Of a DNA stretch of 64,000 bases, positions 1-18,518 are shown one piece after another. This stretch comes from the human T2T-CHM13v2.0 reference genome, Homo sapiens: the NCBI RefSeq assembly GCF_009914755.1, contig NC_060934.1; one strand, 5' to 3'. The stretch's first letter is position 1. Each line of letters starts with the position of its first letter. The notes under the pieces were generated by a model, which was not told where the DNA came from, ran no database searches, and saw only the letters and a list, made by a program, of their open reading frames with translations. A program made the translations under genes and the position numbers.

Positions 1-428
1 CATATTCTGGTTTATAACTAATACTAGAGTTATTTGTGATTGTAAGAAAATTAAAATGTAAAATTTTCAGAGACCAAAAACATTAACAATCTAGAGAGTA
101 TGAATGTAAAGAATGTATTATAAATGATGGTAGTAATCGTGCTTTTTGTTATTTTATTAGAAGTGAACAATCAATGGTATTTTTAGTTTGAAAATGGATT
201 AAGATTATTTTACTATATGATCTTGTGGTAATCCCTTTATAAAAACTTCCTTAATAGAAACAAAGTAAATTTTAATGCAAAATTCATACATCCTGTCTTA
301 CATCACATAGTAAGTGAATATAGGGTCAGAATTATTCTATGTCTATACTTTCTACTTTCAGCTAATTACTACATTTGTATTCTAATTAACATAATACTTA
401 AAATTACTATAGATGAGATAAATTTTAA

Positions 429-779
<351 letters not shown>

Positions 780-2324
780 CCCCAAACTTTTTTTTAACAC
801 TGAGACTGCACCAAATGTGATTCTTGGGACAGCCTTTGAAGGAGAAATGATATTTGCTTCGTAAAAAGAAGAAAATACTTTCTTTTACAAAAGTAAAATA
901 AATTTGTTATAATTATTAAAATTTATTGTGCACCTAGATTTGTAATAAGATTTAATCCTCCCAAAAGTGTATCAGATTTTATCTTGTTTAATGTTGGAAT
1001 TTATGTTATTTCCTTTTTTTTTTTCTCAGTTTTTCCCTTGGTGTTGTCCTTGAAATATCTCACTGTGATCCAGTAGCTTATAAGTGGACTTGAATCCTGA
1101 ATATGTATAAGTTTAATATGGAGAAAATTTGACGTAGCATGAGAGTAGATACTGAACATTGAATTTAGTCACAAGTAATCTCAAAATGTTTAATTTATTT
1201 GTAATTGTGATTGTCAATTCAAAAATTTATCATATTTTTCATGAAAAGCAGGATAGCACTTCTTCAAAAGAAGCAGGGTCCATTCTTGTAGAGGAAAGAG
1301 TAAGTACCCCATACTTTTAGAGGATCGTAGCCTCAACTGTGTTCAGTGGAGACTGACTAAGAACAGTAAAGACAAAACTTAGACCAAGATAGGTGACTTG
1401 TGCTGGATGGATCTGAGGAAGGGACGCAAGGATCTCTGGGGAAAAGCTGTGAAGGTACAAATACCAACTCATTGTAAAGAGTTTCTGACACTCACAGGTA
1501 CTCAGAGATGCAACAGGCTTCCTGAGTGATGAGCTCTTCATTACCAGGGTACTTAAGTACACAAGAAGGCCCCATTATCAAGGATTTCTTAGAGGATATT
1601 TTGACAGTATATGGGGTTCAACTAGAATTAATTTTAGTTTCACCTGTCCCTATAAATCTAGGGTATTCTGATTCCACAGTATTGTATATGTTTCATGAAG
1701 AAGCAAAAACTGCAAAGTGAACTAGAAGGCATGTGTGTGCATACTTACAGTTAATGGAGGAAACTTTTTGTTGTTATTATTGGTAACCCAACGGCAAAAA
1801 TAAGACACAAACACAAACAACAAAGAAGTCTATAGTTCTCCTATTTAGAGAATAGAATGAGTTAATAATTACAGGAAATGACCACAGCCCTTTTATGAAA
1901 GTTGGTAGTATTGGGTAATGTCTCAGATTTCATGCTCAGGTTACTGCAGAGCAAGCAAGGCTCAGGTTTACCTTTAGTGGAAAGTCTGCCTAAAAACAAA
2001 AGAACTACTCATTAACATAACAATGATTTAAAATGCCTTAAGCAAATCGTTTTCAATAAGAAGTTACTTGAAACAGAAGAAAGTGACATAGAGCCAGAGA
2101 TGCAAGGTGCTATTCTTTACTTTCCCTTATGTCCTTTTCACAAATTTCTTTTTTAATTTTTTTAATTTTTAATTTTTATGGCTACATAGTAGGTGTATAT
2201 ATTCACTAACAAATTTCTTAAATTTTTACTAAGAGAATAAATTGATGATTAAATACCCATGCTTTCTGCAAGTAGGTAGGAGTGGCATACTTGGTATTTT
2301 CTACCTGCAAATAAGCCTTTTTGT

Positions 2325-2649
2325 GATTTTCTTTTTTTTCTTTCTTTCTTTTTTTTTTTTTTTTTTTTGAGACAGAGTTTTGCACAGCCACTCAGGCTGG
2401 AGTGCAGTGGCGCTATCTTGGCTCACTGCAACCTCCGCCTCCCGAGTTAAAGCAATTCTCCTGCCTCCGCCTCTCCAGTAGCTGGGAATACAGGCCTCTG
2501 CCACCATTCCCAGCTAATTCTTTATATTTTTAGTAGTGATGGGGTTTCACTATGGTGGCCAGGCTGGTCTCAAACTCCTGACCCTGTGACCCGCCCGCCT
2601 CGGCTTCCCAAAGTGCTGGAATTACAGGCGTGAGCCACCGTGCCTGCCC
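2325..2649 (-). mobile_element. AluS (Sc/Sg-like)
   Basis: Reverse Alu with poly-T tail. Confidence 0.93.
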
Positions 2650-3074
2650 AATTTTCTTTCTATTTCTGTCTTTTCCTTCCTTTCGCCTAAGACTGACTAC
2701 TCTGAGAGCTTTGGGTATATAGCATGTAAGCTCCAGTTACACAAAATCACTCTTGCTACTTACTCTGTTTCCTTCCCTCTTATACTCGGCCAAACAGTTT
2801 TATAGAATTTTTAAGTATTTACCTTCACATTTTTTCCTGAAATTTAAGTTGGCATTTGTTCCATTTCTATTTTATTAGAATCTGTGATCATCAATATCTT
2901 TATAGTAAAACTATTGCTGATGGACAAAGTGTTTTTTTCTTCTCACTCGTTCTCTTCACTATAGCAAAGACTTTGTTTAAGTTGAATCCCCTATGTATTC
3001 ATAAATGATGCAATTCAGTCACATCCAAGATGTGCAAATTTGTTTTCCTAACATAGAAAGGATGGAAAACTTCT

Positions 3075-3419
<345 letters not shown>

Positions 3420-4411
3420 CTAAGAGGAAGCTACAACCACTTAGATAGCTTCTTACCATGATTCTTTATCTCTTATTGATCTCCAAGTTAAAAAATATAT
3501 ATTAACACACACACATATTTATTAATTCATCTCAGCACATAGCAGAACAATTGCCTTTTTTTTCTTTTTAATGAAAGGTGGGTATAATAGTAAAATATTT
3601 TAAAACGTTCAGAAACATTTCATTCAGATCAATTTGTTGAAAGATTTTATGGTAATGAGGAAAGTGATTTAACAGTAAATGCAAAAAGAGTCCTTGTCCC
3701 TTAAATGTCAAAAGGAATGCTGATGAAAGATTCTGGAATGTTGATAGCAATGAAAGCAGCATAATTATTTTTTTATTTTCTAAAATATCCACATTAAAAA
3801 CAGAACCATTAGGCATCAGATTTTAGAAAATCTGTGGACAATATTTACAAAAAAATTAGCTGACAGTTTATGGCCAAACTGCAGGCATCAGCTCTAAATA
3901 CTTCATGTAATAACAAACCGCCCATAGCCACAAGACCTGAATGTTGTTGGGTTTTATGTGAGAGAAAGCAAAGGGAATCCACAAGGTGTCTAGCAGGACT
4001 GGAAACAAGAAAAACACAAAGTAAGCCAATACTCATTGCCTGGAAAATACAGCAGGCCCATGTGAGAAGAGCAGCAGAAAGTGAGAGGGGCAAGTGCCCA
4101 CTCCAGTTGCAGGTGAGTACAGGGGACCTGTGTAAGAATTTCTGAAGGGGCTGGAGCAGTATAGCACAAGGAATTCTCAAAACTGACCTGCCAAGGCCAT
4201 CTTCCATGACAGTGGCCCACACTAGGAGAAAATCCTGGGAGTAAAATGAATAATGAGTAGGATAGGGACAACAGAGATAAATAAAAAAAAGAAGAAGATT
4301 CCTATAAAAGCTGGGGAAGGGAAGGGAGTCGAGAAATACTAAGAAGAAAACCATCGTATTTGTCTTAATGATAGCCATCATTTACTTAGCAGATACTCTA
4401 TATCAGGTACT

Positions 4412-5748
4412 CTTTTTTATAAATTGTATATATTTAAGGTATACAACAATGACATTTTTGATATACATATATATCCATAGTGAAGTGATTGCTATAGTCA
4501 GGGAATTTATCCTATCCATCACCTTCTATAGATATCATTTTTGTGTGATACATGCACCTAAAATCTATGCCCTTAACATATTTTCAGTATACTGTGCAAT
4601 GCAATGTTGTTAACTGTAGTCCTCATGCTGTCATTAAATCTCTAGACTTATTCGTCGTACATAACTGCAAGTTTGTACCTTTGGGTCTACTTTCTCCCAT
4701 TTCCCTATTTCCTGCCCTGCTCTGCCCCTGGTAACCACTCTCTGGTTTTATGTAATTGATCTTTTAAAAAATTCCACATGTGATAGACATCATGCAGTAT
4801 CTTTCTTTCTATGTCTGGCTAATTTCACTTAGCACAGTGTTCTCCAGGTTCATCTACGTTGTTGCAAAAGGCAGTGTCTCCTTTTTTAAGGCTGAATAGT
4901 ATTTCATTGTGTACATATGCCACATGTTGTGGTATCCATTCACCTGTCGATGGACACTTCTGTTGTTTCCATGTTTTGGCCACTATGAATAATGGTACTA
5001 TGAACATGGGAATGAAAATACCTCTATGTGGTGTTGACTTCATTTTCTATGAATATATATCCAGCAGTGAGGTTGCTGGGTCATATGGTACTTCTATTTT
5101 TAATTTTTTGAGTAAACTTCATACGTTTTCCATAACAGCTGTACCAGTTTACATTTCCCCCAACAATGTACAAAGGTTCCCTCTTCTCCACACCCTTCCC
5201 AACACTTGTTATCTCTTGTCTTTTCAATAATATTCATCCTACAGGTGTTAGGTGATTTCTCATTGTAATTTTGACTTCCATTTCCTGAGACAGAGTAATG
5301 TTGAGCGTCTTTTCATACACCTGTTGCCATTTTTGTGACTTCATTGGAGAAATGAAATTTTCAAGTCCTTTCTCCATTTTTAAATTGAGTTATTTGGTTT
5401 TTTTATATTGAGTTGTGTGAGTTCCTTATATATTTTAGCTACTAACCCCTTACTCAGATAAATGGTTTGCAAATATTTTATCAAAATCCATAGGCTTCCT
5501 CTTCATGTTGTTACTTGTTTGCTGTATAGAAGCGTTACAGTTTTATGTAATCTCACTTTTTAATTTTTGCTTTTGTTGCCTGAAGTTTCAGTGTGATATT
5601 CAAAAAATTATTTCATGGCCTATATCAAAGAACTTTTTCCCTATATTTACTTCTAGGAATTTGATGGCTTCAGGTCTTGTATGTAGCCTTTTAATCCATT
5701 TTGAGTTGATTGTTGTGTGTGGTGTAAGAGAAAGGTCCAGTTTCATCA
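4412..5748 (-). mobile_element. L1MA-type LINE-1 3' fragment (ORF2 end plus 3' UTR)
   Basis: Minus-strand peptide MFIVPLFIVAKTWKQQKCPSTGEWI is homologous to the ORF2 C-terminus; L1MA8-10-like 3' UTR. Confidence 0.85.
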
Positions 5749-5924
5749 TATTTTTAAAATACAAGAGAATAACAGCAGAACAGAAAACTCCTAAAGATAC
5801 AAATGTTGCTTAAACCAACCTTCCTTCTAAATGTTCAGAAAAGTTAAATTCACACAAAAATGAGCAAAAGAAAATTTTGGACATGGAATCTCATGCAAAA
5901 ATACTATAATTTAAAAGATAATCT

Positions 5925-8830
<2,906 letters not shown>

Positions 8831-8839
8831 ATCTAATAA

Positions 8840-9650
8840 AAACGCTAAGGAACTATTTTAAAACTAGCTAAAAAGCATAAAGAAAGTCATTTAAAAGATG
8901 AAAAGAACAACCCAAATTAACATTAGAACAACCAAAAAATGAAATAGATGTGAGAATTAGAAATACAGAAAAAAATAATAATTTTGAAAATAAAAAACTA
9001 GAATAATGGAAGAGTAAATAAACACAATTCTTAATGTATTACAAGAAATAAAAGGTTTAAAAGTAGATTTTTTAATTGAAAAGAATTAAATCAGATAAAA
9101 ATATTTGAGAGGTAATGCAAACATTTAAGTTTGTCAAAGAAGCTTCAACATCTGGATAATAGGAAAGAAAAAAACCAAAGCAAAAGAAAAATAAGCCACA
9201 AACTAAAAAATGTTTAGTTCTTGAAATTTAAAAAAGTAAATATTGAAAGAGCATGCTGTGTACCTGAGATTATTTACCCAAAACAACGAGCATTAAGACT
9301 TATTCTAGTAAGGTCGCTGGATGATATTAAAGAAAAAAAAAGTTTTGTGCACTTAGATAAAGAAAACACTTGAATTATAAGCATATCTGAATTAGACAAT
9401 CATGAAGTTTTTAACAGCAACATTTTGTGCTAGAAAGAAAATAGAGTAACCGTGTGAAAGGATGGAAAATGTCAGCCAAGAATTTATATCCAGCAAAACT
9501 GACCATTGAGTAGAAAGGGCATAAATAAATTATTATCCATGTGGAGGAACTCTGCCAATTTTCTTTCCATGAGTTCTTCCTGAAAACTCTTTCCGAGATG
9601 AGCTTCAGATAAACAAAATGGCCAGAAAGACATCATACAAGCACTGGTGG
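8840..9650 (+). mobile_element. Ancient HAL1/L1M ORF1-like remnant (probably continuous with 5750-6290 and ~3750-4350)
   Basis: A-rich, with CAGCCAAGAATTTATATCCAGCAAAACT (ORF1 'PRI-YPAKL' region) and a HAL1-like end. Confidence 0.5.
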
Positions 9651-10044
9651 AATCAGTGCAGCCATCTGCCAGAACTCAGAATGCATGCATACATTTTTGC
9701 CTTATGACTATCCTTTATGCATTTGAAGGTAGCTACTGCTGTAACACACATCTCATATTTCAGCTTGCTTCATTTGGCAACAAACATTTTGGAAATGTCT
9801 GGAACATGCTTACAGCTTTTTTTATGTGTGTTACTCCATCTATATTTATTAAACAGCAATTGGTAATTTACACATATACATGCACATTCTAAGCTCTCAT
9901 TTATTGAATGTTAAAATAATAATAATGTTTCTGGGGATAATACTACATATCATTTAGTATTGTATATATTGGCATATAAAGTACTAGATACCTCATAGTT
10001 ATAATCTCTGAGCCTCATGTAAGTCATTAAAAAGATATAGATAT

Positions 10045-10420
10045 TTGTAGAAGAGCAGGCTAACTACTTACTATAATTCATGTTCCCAATTCTAGAGTAG
10101 AGGGTTGTGACTGGAAAGTAGTTGCACAATTAAAGATTATCTTTTTCAAACTCTCTTACACCCAAAGATGGACAGGTGACTACTTGTTACTCCAGAAAGT
10201 CACATTTAAGCCAAGGCTTTTGACAATTACGTGTGCCTTTGCCACACCTTCTTTCCTGCCCCACCAACGGGATATACGGTCCCCGGAGAATGGAAAAGTC
10301 AAGATGGAAGAACGGGGATCCACACATGGAAAGAAGTTGCCTCCCTGTAAGGAATACTGGTCTTGGACTATGATATGAGCAAGAGATAAACTTCTACTTT
10401 ATTATACCATTGAGAAAATT
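10045..10420 (+). mobile_element. Old ERVL/MaLR-class LTR fragment (LTR16/MLT1-like)
   Basis: TGGACTATGATATGAGCAAGAGATAAACTTCTACTT...CCATTGAGA is typical of these LTR 3' ends. Confidence 0.5.
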
Positions 10421-13400
10421 TTAAAAGGGATTATTCACATAGAAAATAGTCACCATCCAGTGCACATAAGGTCACATAAGACGTTTATTAGAGTAATGAG
10501 AAGTCAGGGAAAATCAATGGACTGGGTGTGTTTTAGCAAACAACATAATGACATTTGAATATTTCTTTGTTTAGAAAAAGTGGTTTATAGAAAGAGGACC
10601 AGGTGGATTAAAAACCATTGAAAATTTTGAGCAAAGTAAAATCAAAGGCAGATTAAGATTATCAATATATTTATAGTGACTAACCCAAATGTAAATTAAT
10701 GAAATTGTTGGGGAAAAAAAAAAAACGTAATGACAGAAAATGATACAAGAACAATTGTTGTTTATTGAAAATTACAGCAGTACCCAAAAAGGGAAAACAA
10801 AATGAAATACATTTTTAAAATCTAAATAATTATATTTTTGGACTTAAATTTTTACTCCCAATCAGTAAAAGCTATTTAGCAGAATATATTTAGGATAACT
10901 GAAAATTTAGTATATGTCTATTTATTAAATGAAACAATTCATGGTGTTTCAGTGAGAAAAGTAAATAACTGGAGATTAGGAGATTTAGAATTCTTTTTCA
11001 TTTGTTAGAGTAGGCAGAACTCTGGTTAATAGGTAGAAATGACTGATCAGTTCTCTTCTAAGAACTGGCTTTAAAACTAAATCGAGAGACTTTCCTTGTT
11101 GAAAATATCATCTTATTCTTGGTGAATTCTAATAACAATATAGGCGCTCCAGAGAACAACATTATCTGTCTCATTTCATCGTTTTTATCCCCAAGGGCAA
11201 GCACAATGCTAAGTAAATATTTGCTGAATAAATGCGTTATCTAAAATAATCCAAGTGTAACTTCAATAAACAAACAGCATCATGAAATGACGGAAAGTTA
11301 AGAGTTAGCAGAGAACTTAAGGAAACATCAAACGAAGTCATTTATAACTTTTTGCATTATACGTCTCACCTAAAGAGACATAAAACTCTGTTTTCCCAAA
11401 AGAACATTTGTATGCTTGAAAAGATAAACAACTCTTTAAATTACAACATTGATTTGATGTGCTCAGACATTTTTATACAAATCTTATTAGAAATGTTTTA
11501 GTTGAATCATTCACAGTATGATTTAAATGCATAAAGCGAAAGTGGTGTGATTGATAAATAAATATTCGCCTTTTAAAAATTATTATGATGTAGTGTTTAG
11601 TTGTTAAGGCTGACTGAAGGCCATAGCTTCTTACTAAGTAGAGAATCAGTATCTATCCTCTTTCTTATTTTATATATAAGAACATGGAGAATATGAGATA
11701 AGAATTGACTTGCCAAAGGCCTTAGTGCTTAACAGAAGCAGAATCAGGAATCAGTAAAATGCAGCAGGAAGAAGATAGCACCAAGAAGGCAGCAGAATTT
11801 GCAAAAATTCCAGCTTTTACTAACTATGTGATTCTGGTCAATCCTGAACCATTCTATGTAACTCAACCAGGAGCTAAAACCAAATTTGCTGACTCTCCCA
11901 AGCAGCCTTCAACTTTGTTAAAAGTGCTATTTTAAACACCAGTCGGTTTCAGGCAAAATTTGAGGGATTCCTTTATTTCCCACTCCTACACAATTTTCTT
12001 GAGCTATTGTTAAGTTATCCAAATGAAAAGAGGAAGGGAAAAAGAACAAATGACCTAAATAATTCACAAACCATATTATCAAACCCCTGAGTATTATACC
12101 ATTGACTACAAAACAAAACAAACAAAAACAAAAGAAGTTATTTTTATAGGTTCTAATTGTTATATCTCAGTCATCTTGCTTTTTTATCTTTTTTTTTTTT
12201 TATTTTTGAAGTGTTGCAAACAGGATTACTTCCAGAGCTATCATCTGGCTCACATAATATCATTACCATGGTTATCAGCACTTCCTTATCACAGGATGAA
12301 TGCAGTCCACTCTCAGGAAAGCTTCTGTGGAGGTTACATGAATCTGTGTAAAGGACAGTAATGAATATCACTGGAGCCCTAAGTAAGGAATGATTAAACA
12401 CTGTTATTAGTCAGTTATAACATTGTATGACAATATAATTACAAATGTATCTGTAAAGCCTCTACAATTGATCCTCTAAATTACATATTAACTTTTATTT
12501 TCCTGCTACACTAACACTTTATTGTTCCTTTTTTCAGGGTCATAATTATATTTTTATTTCAACCTCTGAATTGATTTGACACGTGACAGTATGTGCCCAA
12601 AATTGCAAAATAAGTAAATCAAGTTCCTCAGATTTAAAAACATACACCATTTTGGATACTCATTTTTCAATGTAGGACCTTAAATAGGTAAAAAGTTTGT
12701 TATCTGCCTTTTAAAGTTTCTTTAAAACTTTTAATTTTATTTCAACATATACAGATTAAAAACATATGATGAAACTGGTCATATATGTAAGTGTGGTTTT
12801 GCCCTAGTTTGACTGATAAGATCACTCTGTAGCTTCAAATGAATAGTGTCCACTCTTGGATTTGATGACATAAATCATTCTCTTGTGTTGTTTCTTAATC
12901 ATGTGATTAAATATGGAGTAAAGCACACAATTACTTTAGGATAGAAAATAACTCACCATTAACCATTCCTAGGGTCACTGCTGATTAGACCTTAACTTGC
13001 CAGATTTCTTGAGCTTCACTTAGAAATACACTGGCACTCCAGACACAAGTAACTTGACAAGAACAATTTCTTAAGGAACACAGCCAGTCTGTTGTAGGGA
13101 GGCAGCACTAACTCACATTCAACTTTCATTAGAATATTTATGACCAGTGCAGCACTATCTTGTCTTTTAACTCAGTCACCAGGCAGCGGTGAACTGGCTT
13201 GTTTTCACACCTTCTGCAAAGTACTTTTCTTTAGAGTAAATTGCCTAATAGCAAATTATTACATGATTTGGGTAGAAAATAACCACTTGTGGCAATGTGG
13301 CTCAAAAAATAAAGATATGCTGCTTAAAGCATTATTAACATATTATGAACTAAGGCTAATGCTGAAGAAGATTAGAATATTCTTAGCTGGTATCACAGAA

Positions 13401-14042
13401 AATTAGTCAAAACCAAAGAATCTGTGCAGTATACTCTGCTAGAGTCTCTTACATTTACAGGGGGGTATAACTAAGGTAAACATACATTCCACTTTGCCAA
13501 GAACTATTCTGTATATGTCTGTTGTCTGATATAATTATTAATAGTTTCTCCATTTATTCTCAAAAGTGTCCTGATTTGGACAATAAATCATATGCTCATC
13601 CTATGTGTAATTATATTTTCCAGCTTAGTATGCATCTAAAGACAGAGGACACAAAAACTTTTAAGGCCAAACAGCCACATAAGAATTCAGTAATAATGAA
13701 AGGAACATCAAAGATATGATCAATATTGAATAAAGGATTCCGTCAAATGCTATAAAATACTTAGAGAGAGAGAATCAGGAGGAATCTCATTAAAGACATG
13801 GTATTTGTGCAGGGTTTTGAAAGGGTGCTATGTTCTGGCTAAGCAGAGAGGAAGGGGAGATACCTTTTCAGATGGAATGGGGATATATTATGATTTTAAA
13901 AACATATCAAGAAAGGTCAAGATGAATCAACTTATTTAACTATGTGTTAATATCTATGGGCAAATATTGAAAATGGCTTTACTATAGATGGAAGATATGG
14001 TAGGCTTTGAAGGACAAACCACAGAAGCTAACTATCATTCTA

Positions 14043-14412
<370 letters not shown>

Positions 14413-14903
14413 AAGAAGTGGGAGTTTAAAATGGTTGTGGGGAAGGAGTAGAGAGTGAGCCAGAAGAAGAGTGAAATGATGGTCCCAAGGGAGTTAGAAG
14501 ACTATCGGTAGTCTATACGTGAAGTGGTTGCTGAGAGCTGAATTGGGGTATTTATAGAGGGACAAGAATAAGGCTAATACAGGAGCCATGTGAAGGAAGA
14601 GGGTAGAATTTAGCAATCTTTGTTTGCATAAAGGTTTATATGTGAAAGGGTTTTCAATCAGTTATATTCGATTCCCAGTACTCCCCAGTGAGCTCAGTAA
14701 ATATAGAATTGTTAGATCCCTGTTTTACGGTTAGGATGACTGAGATTCCAAGAAAGTAAGCAATTTCTGAACGTTTCCTATATCAAATTAGTGGTAAAGG
14801 TGAGGAGGATGCCCTGATTCATTACATTGAATATGTAGGATGAAGAAGGATCAAAGATAACTTCAAAGTCCAGAATCTGAGCAACTGAGAAATTGAATTT
14901 TCT

Positions 14904-15177
<274 letters not shown>

Positions 15178-15489
15178 GAAATTGAATTTTCTAATGACAG
15201 AATTAAAAACATCAGAAGGCTTAGTTTAGGAAGGAAAGTGACAGGATGGATTTTAGGCAGGTTTGGTTTGAGCTGATGGTCAAGAAATTGGGTATCTTAA
15301 AAAAAAAAAACTGGAAAAAAAAAAAGGAATGGATATGGGTAAACAATCAGGTGAGAAAATATGGAACTAGTAGTAGAAGTTGAAACCCAAGAGAATAAAG
15401 AGTTGGGTCTTGTCAACACGAAACCTTAGGACGTGTTGACAGTTAATGTTGATGAATCAGAAAAGGGGACCGTTTAAGACAAAAAACAG

Positions 15490-15494
15490 ACACA

Positions 15495-15538
<44 letters not shown>
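15490..15538. repeat. (CA)n microsatellite within L2 remnants
   Basis: Directly visible. Confidence 0.95.
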
Positions 15539-15543
<5 letters not shown>

Positions 15544-16404
15544 AGCAAGATGCAAGAAAATATACCATCCTAGAAAGCCACAAAACGGAAAGGGTCAAGA
15601 TTGAAGAGACAGGCAGCAGTGTAAAGTGCTCTAGAGGAGTCACAGAAGATGTTGACAGCTAAGTCATTGATAACCTTAGAGAATGCAGTTTTAAAGCGGG
15701 GAGCAGGCACTGAGGGTGAAAAATGGTTTTGTACCATGAAGGCAATTGATGGGGCCAGACATTTCAGAGAGATATAGTATTGAGAGTTCAAAGAAACATC
15801 AAGTAAACGCTTTTTCCTGATGTTTGGTGAAAAGAATTCAACAAGAGAAGAGTAAATGAATCACTGACTTTCCAATGGAAATTAGAGTGTGATTCTTTGA
15901 CACTGGGTGAACCTGAACATGTGACTTTTTTCTCCACTAGTTGGTTCTGTTTAGGATCTGGAATAGAAAAATATAGAAGATAAGGATCTGTGCTGAGGAC
16001 TGGGGAAACTTACCCAGAATTGATGGTCAGATAAAGGAGAGAACAGACAGTAAGCTGACTGAAGAGGCCCTCTATGGAATGCAGGCTGGCAGGAAGTTAA
16101 GTGAAGCCTGGGTGAACTACAGAGGCTAATTAGATGTGATCTTCCACCATAGTGCAGTGCCATGTAATAGCCAGGCTCTGGAGGTAGCAGCTTCGAGGTG
16201 AGGTAGGAGAAATGTAGAAGGGATGGAAGTGGATATTACGCTGACTCTCAAATCTCATTCGTTAGCTCCCGTTCAAGTTTTTATGTACAAATATATTATT
16301 TTCCCTATAAATAAGATAAATGCCTTATCTTTAGTACTGTTTTACATAAAGTTGTGCAAATACTAATTTTATCGGATGACTGAATGCATTATCACACAGT
16401 CATG

Positions 16405-16832
16405 CTCGGTTTGAACAACAAAGTGGCCAATAGTGGGAAGGGTGCAGGGCTGCTGGTGTCAGAGCAAGAGGGCTACAGGGGAAGGGCCCTTTTTCAGGGG
16501 ATGTAGCTTTTTAAAAAGATTTGGGAACACTTGGAGGATTTGCTAAAATGAGCCTCAGAAGGAAAATTGGTTTTCTAACCTGTGGCTTTTTGAAATGAAT
16601 TATTCCTTTCAGTCTTTATTTTTCAAAGAAACAATGTGTATTGAAGTACCTAGATTTGTTTGATAATCAACAAATATTTCCTTTTTAAATGAACATATTC
16701 TGAATGTGGTTTCTGTCTTAGACCAGGAGGACAGAGTTTACTTTCATATTTTCCCTGTGAGTAAGAGGGCTTATTTATTTTAAATAAAAAGTAATTATTT
16801 AAAAAAATGAAGTCAAAAAAGGAAAAAAAAAA
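16405..16832 (+). pseudogene. Probable 5'-truncated processed (retrocopied) mRNA 3' UTR fragment; parent not established
   Basis: Non-TE, UTR-like sequence ending in AATAAA (16783-16788) followed about 12 nt later by a degenerate A-tail (16801-16832). No clear TSD. Confidence 0.5.
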
Positions 16833-16959
16833 TTCAAGAAAGAGAGCTTGTCACCCATGAGTCTGAGTGCCATGCCTCTCATGGCAGCATAAACTATAAA
16901 TAAGATCTGTGCAAGTGAACACACTTATTGTGAATCTCCCTGTATATAACACTTTGCCA

Positions 16960-17835
16960 GCCATGGTGGATCAAAGCTATGTGTTCCCAAGTACAGGTAA
17001 AAAGGGGTTGCATCATCTTGAGAGAATGGTAAAATTATAATAAAACTGACTCAAATAAAATTGGCTTGTTATTATCACCATGTACTAAAAATTCTAAACT
17101 CTGTTAGTGATAAAATATTCCTCCCTGAAAGAAACTTTTGCTGATCTAAGCATTAAAGAGTGGGCTCGCTTACTGTTGAGTTTTACTGACATAATAAATA
17201 AGCTTCAAGTTAGTCCAATGTTATCACTTATCCTTTAGTAAACATTGCCTTCCACATGGAAGTTAATTCAGAGAACTCCCAGTAACACACTTGGCTCCCA
17301 ACAGTGAACTCAGCTACATGCATTCATTTAGAGAATAAAAGTTAATCAGGGTTTGGAATCCATTGCATTTGTTTTGGGCACACTGGTGTCTTCAACCTAT
17401 ATGGTACTTTATATATCTGTGTTAAAATAGTAGATTCTAAACAAAGAATGATAGCATTGTGGTTGTAAAGACGGAAAAACAGAACTTAAGGCACTTCAAT
17501 TCTGCCATTGCAAGTACAAATCATTCTCTGAACCTTGTGGAATTCTTCATTTGGCAATATGCCCCTTTTTTTTCTTACCAAAAAGTGCATTCATTCACTC
17601 TGTTTCCCATTTTTTATGGCAATATTTTATTTTTTATTTTTAATGATTTTTACTGGCATGATTGTATATCGACAAAGTTCAAAACAAGAAAATCTTCTCG
17701 TCTGTGTTCCTTTATAGCCATTATTATTAATTTCCTTTCATGATTATTACTGAAAATAATGCTGTCTTCTAGAGGAGGAGATGTTATGAAAAGGATTCAC
17801 TCCTGGTGTCAGATAGCTTCAATACTCCACTGCTG
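16960..17835 (+). mobile_element. hAT-Tip100 DNA transposon relic (Zaphod/MER115-like)
   Basis: ATAATAAAACTGAC...TTATTATCACCATG...GTGATAAAATATTCCTCCC...CATGGAAGTTAATTCAGAGAACTCCCAG resembles the recalled consensus. Confidence 0.55.
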
Positions 17836-18107
17836 TGCATATTTCAGAGTTCACAGAATATGACATCCGACTTCTAGGACATATACATAGAGCACGATAT
17901 AGATAGATATACATACATAGACACACATATATACATATCATATGTATATATGTATGTTGACTGCATCCCTTCAATCACATGTACAACCACAATATGTGAA
18001 AACAATGTGACAAGAGATACTGATAAAATACCAAGAAACATCTGAAACAGCACAGGAAAAATAGAAGTGACTTGTAATCTGTAGGTGGGTATTCAGAAAG
18101 TTTGCAT

Positions 18108-18415
18108 GGCCAGGTGCAATGGCTCACGCGTGTAATCCCCACACTTTGGGAGGCCAAGGCAGGAGGATTGCTTGAGGCTAGAAGTTCGAGACCAGTCTGG
18201 GCAATGTGGTGAAACCTGTCTCTACTAAATAAATAAATAAACAAATAAAAGTTTAAAAAATATTAGCTAGGAGTGGTGGTGCACTCCTGTTGTCCCAGCT
18301 ACTTAGGAGGCTGAGGGGGGAAGATCACTTGAGCCCAGGAGGTTGAGGCTGCATTGAGAGTTGATCATGCCACCATACTCCAGCCCAGGTTACAGAGTAA
18401 GATACTGTCTCGAAA
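18108..18415 (+). mobile_element. AluJ
   Basis: GGAGGATTGCTTGAG and GATCACTTGAGCCCAGGAGGTTGAGGCTGC are AluJ diagnostics. Confidence 0.9.
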
Positions 18416-18518
18416 GAAAGACGGGAAAGGAAGGGAAGGGAAGGGGAGGGGAGGGGAGGGGAGAGGAGGAAAGGAAGGAAAGAAAGAAGGAAGGAAAGAA
18501 AACAGAAAGAAAGAAAGT
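18412..18518 (+). repeat. Polypurine (GGAA/GGGGA/GAAA)n tract derived from the Alu tail
   Basis: About 105 nt that is almost purely purine. Confidence 0.9.

Noticed and set aside
3845-4381. 178-aa hydrophobic minus-strand ORF
   Set aside because: Antisense reading of a purine-rich, probably ancient LINE-derived tract; no domain or splice support.
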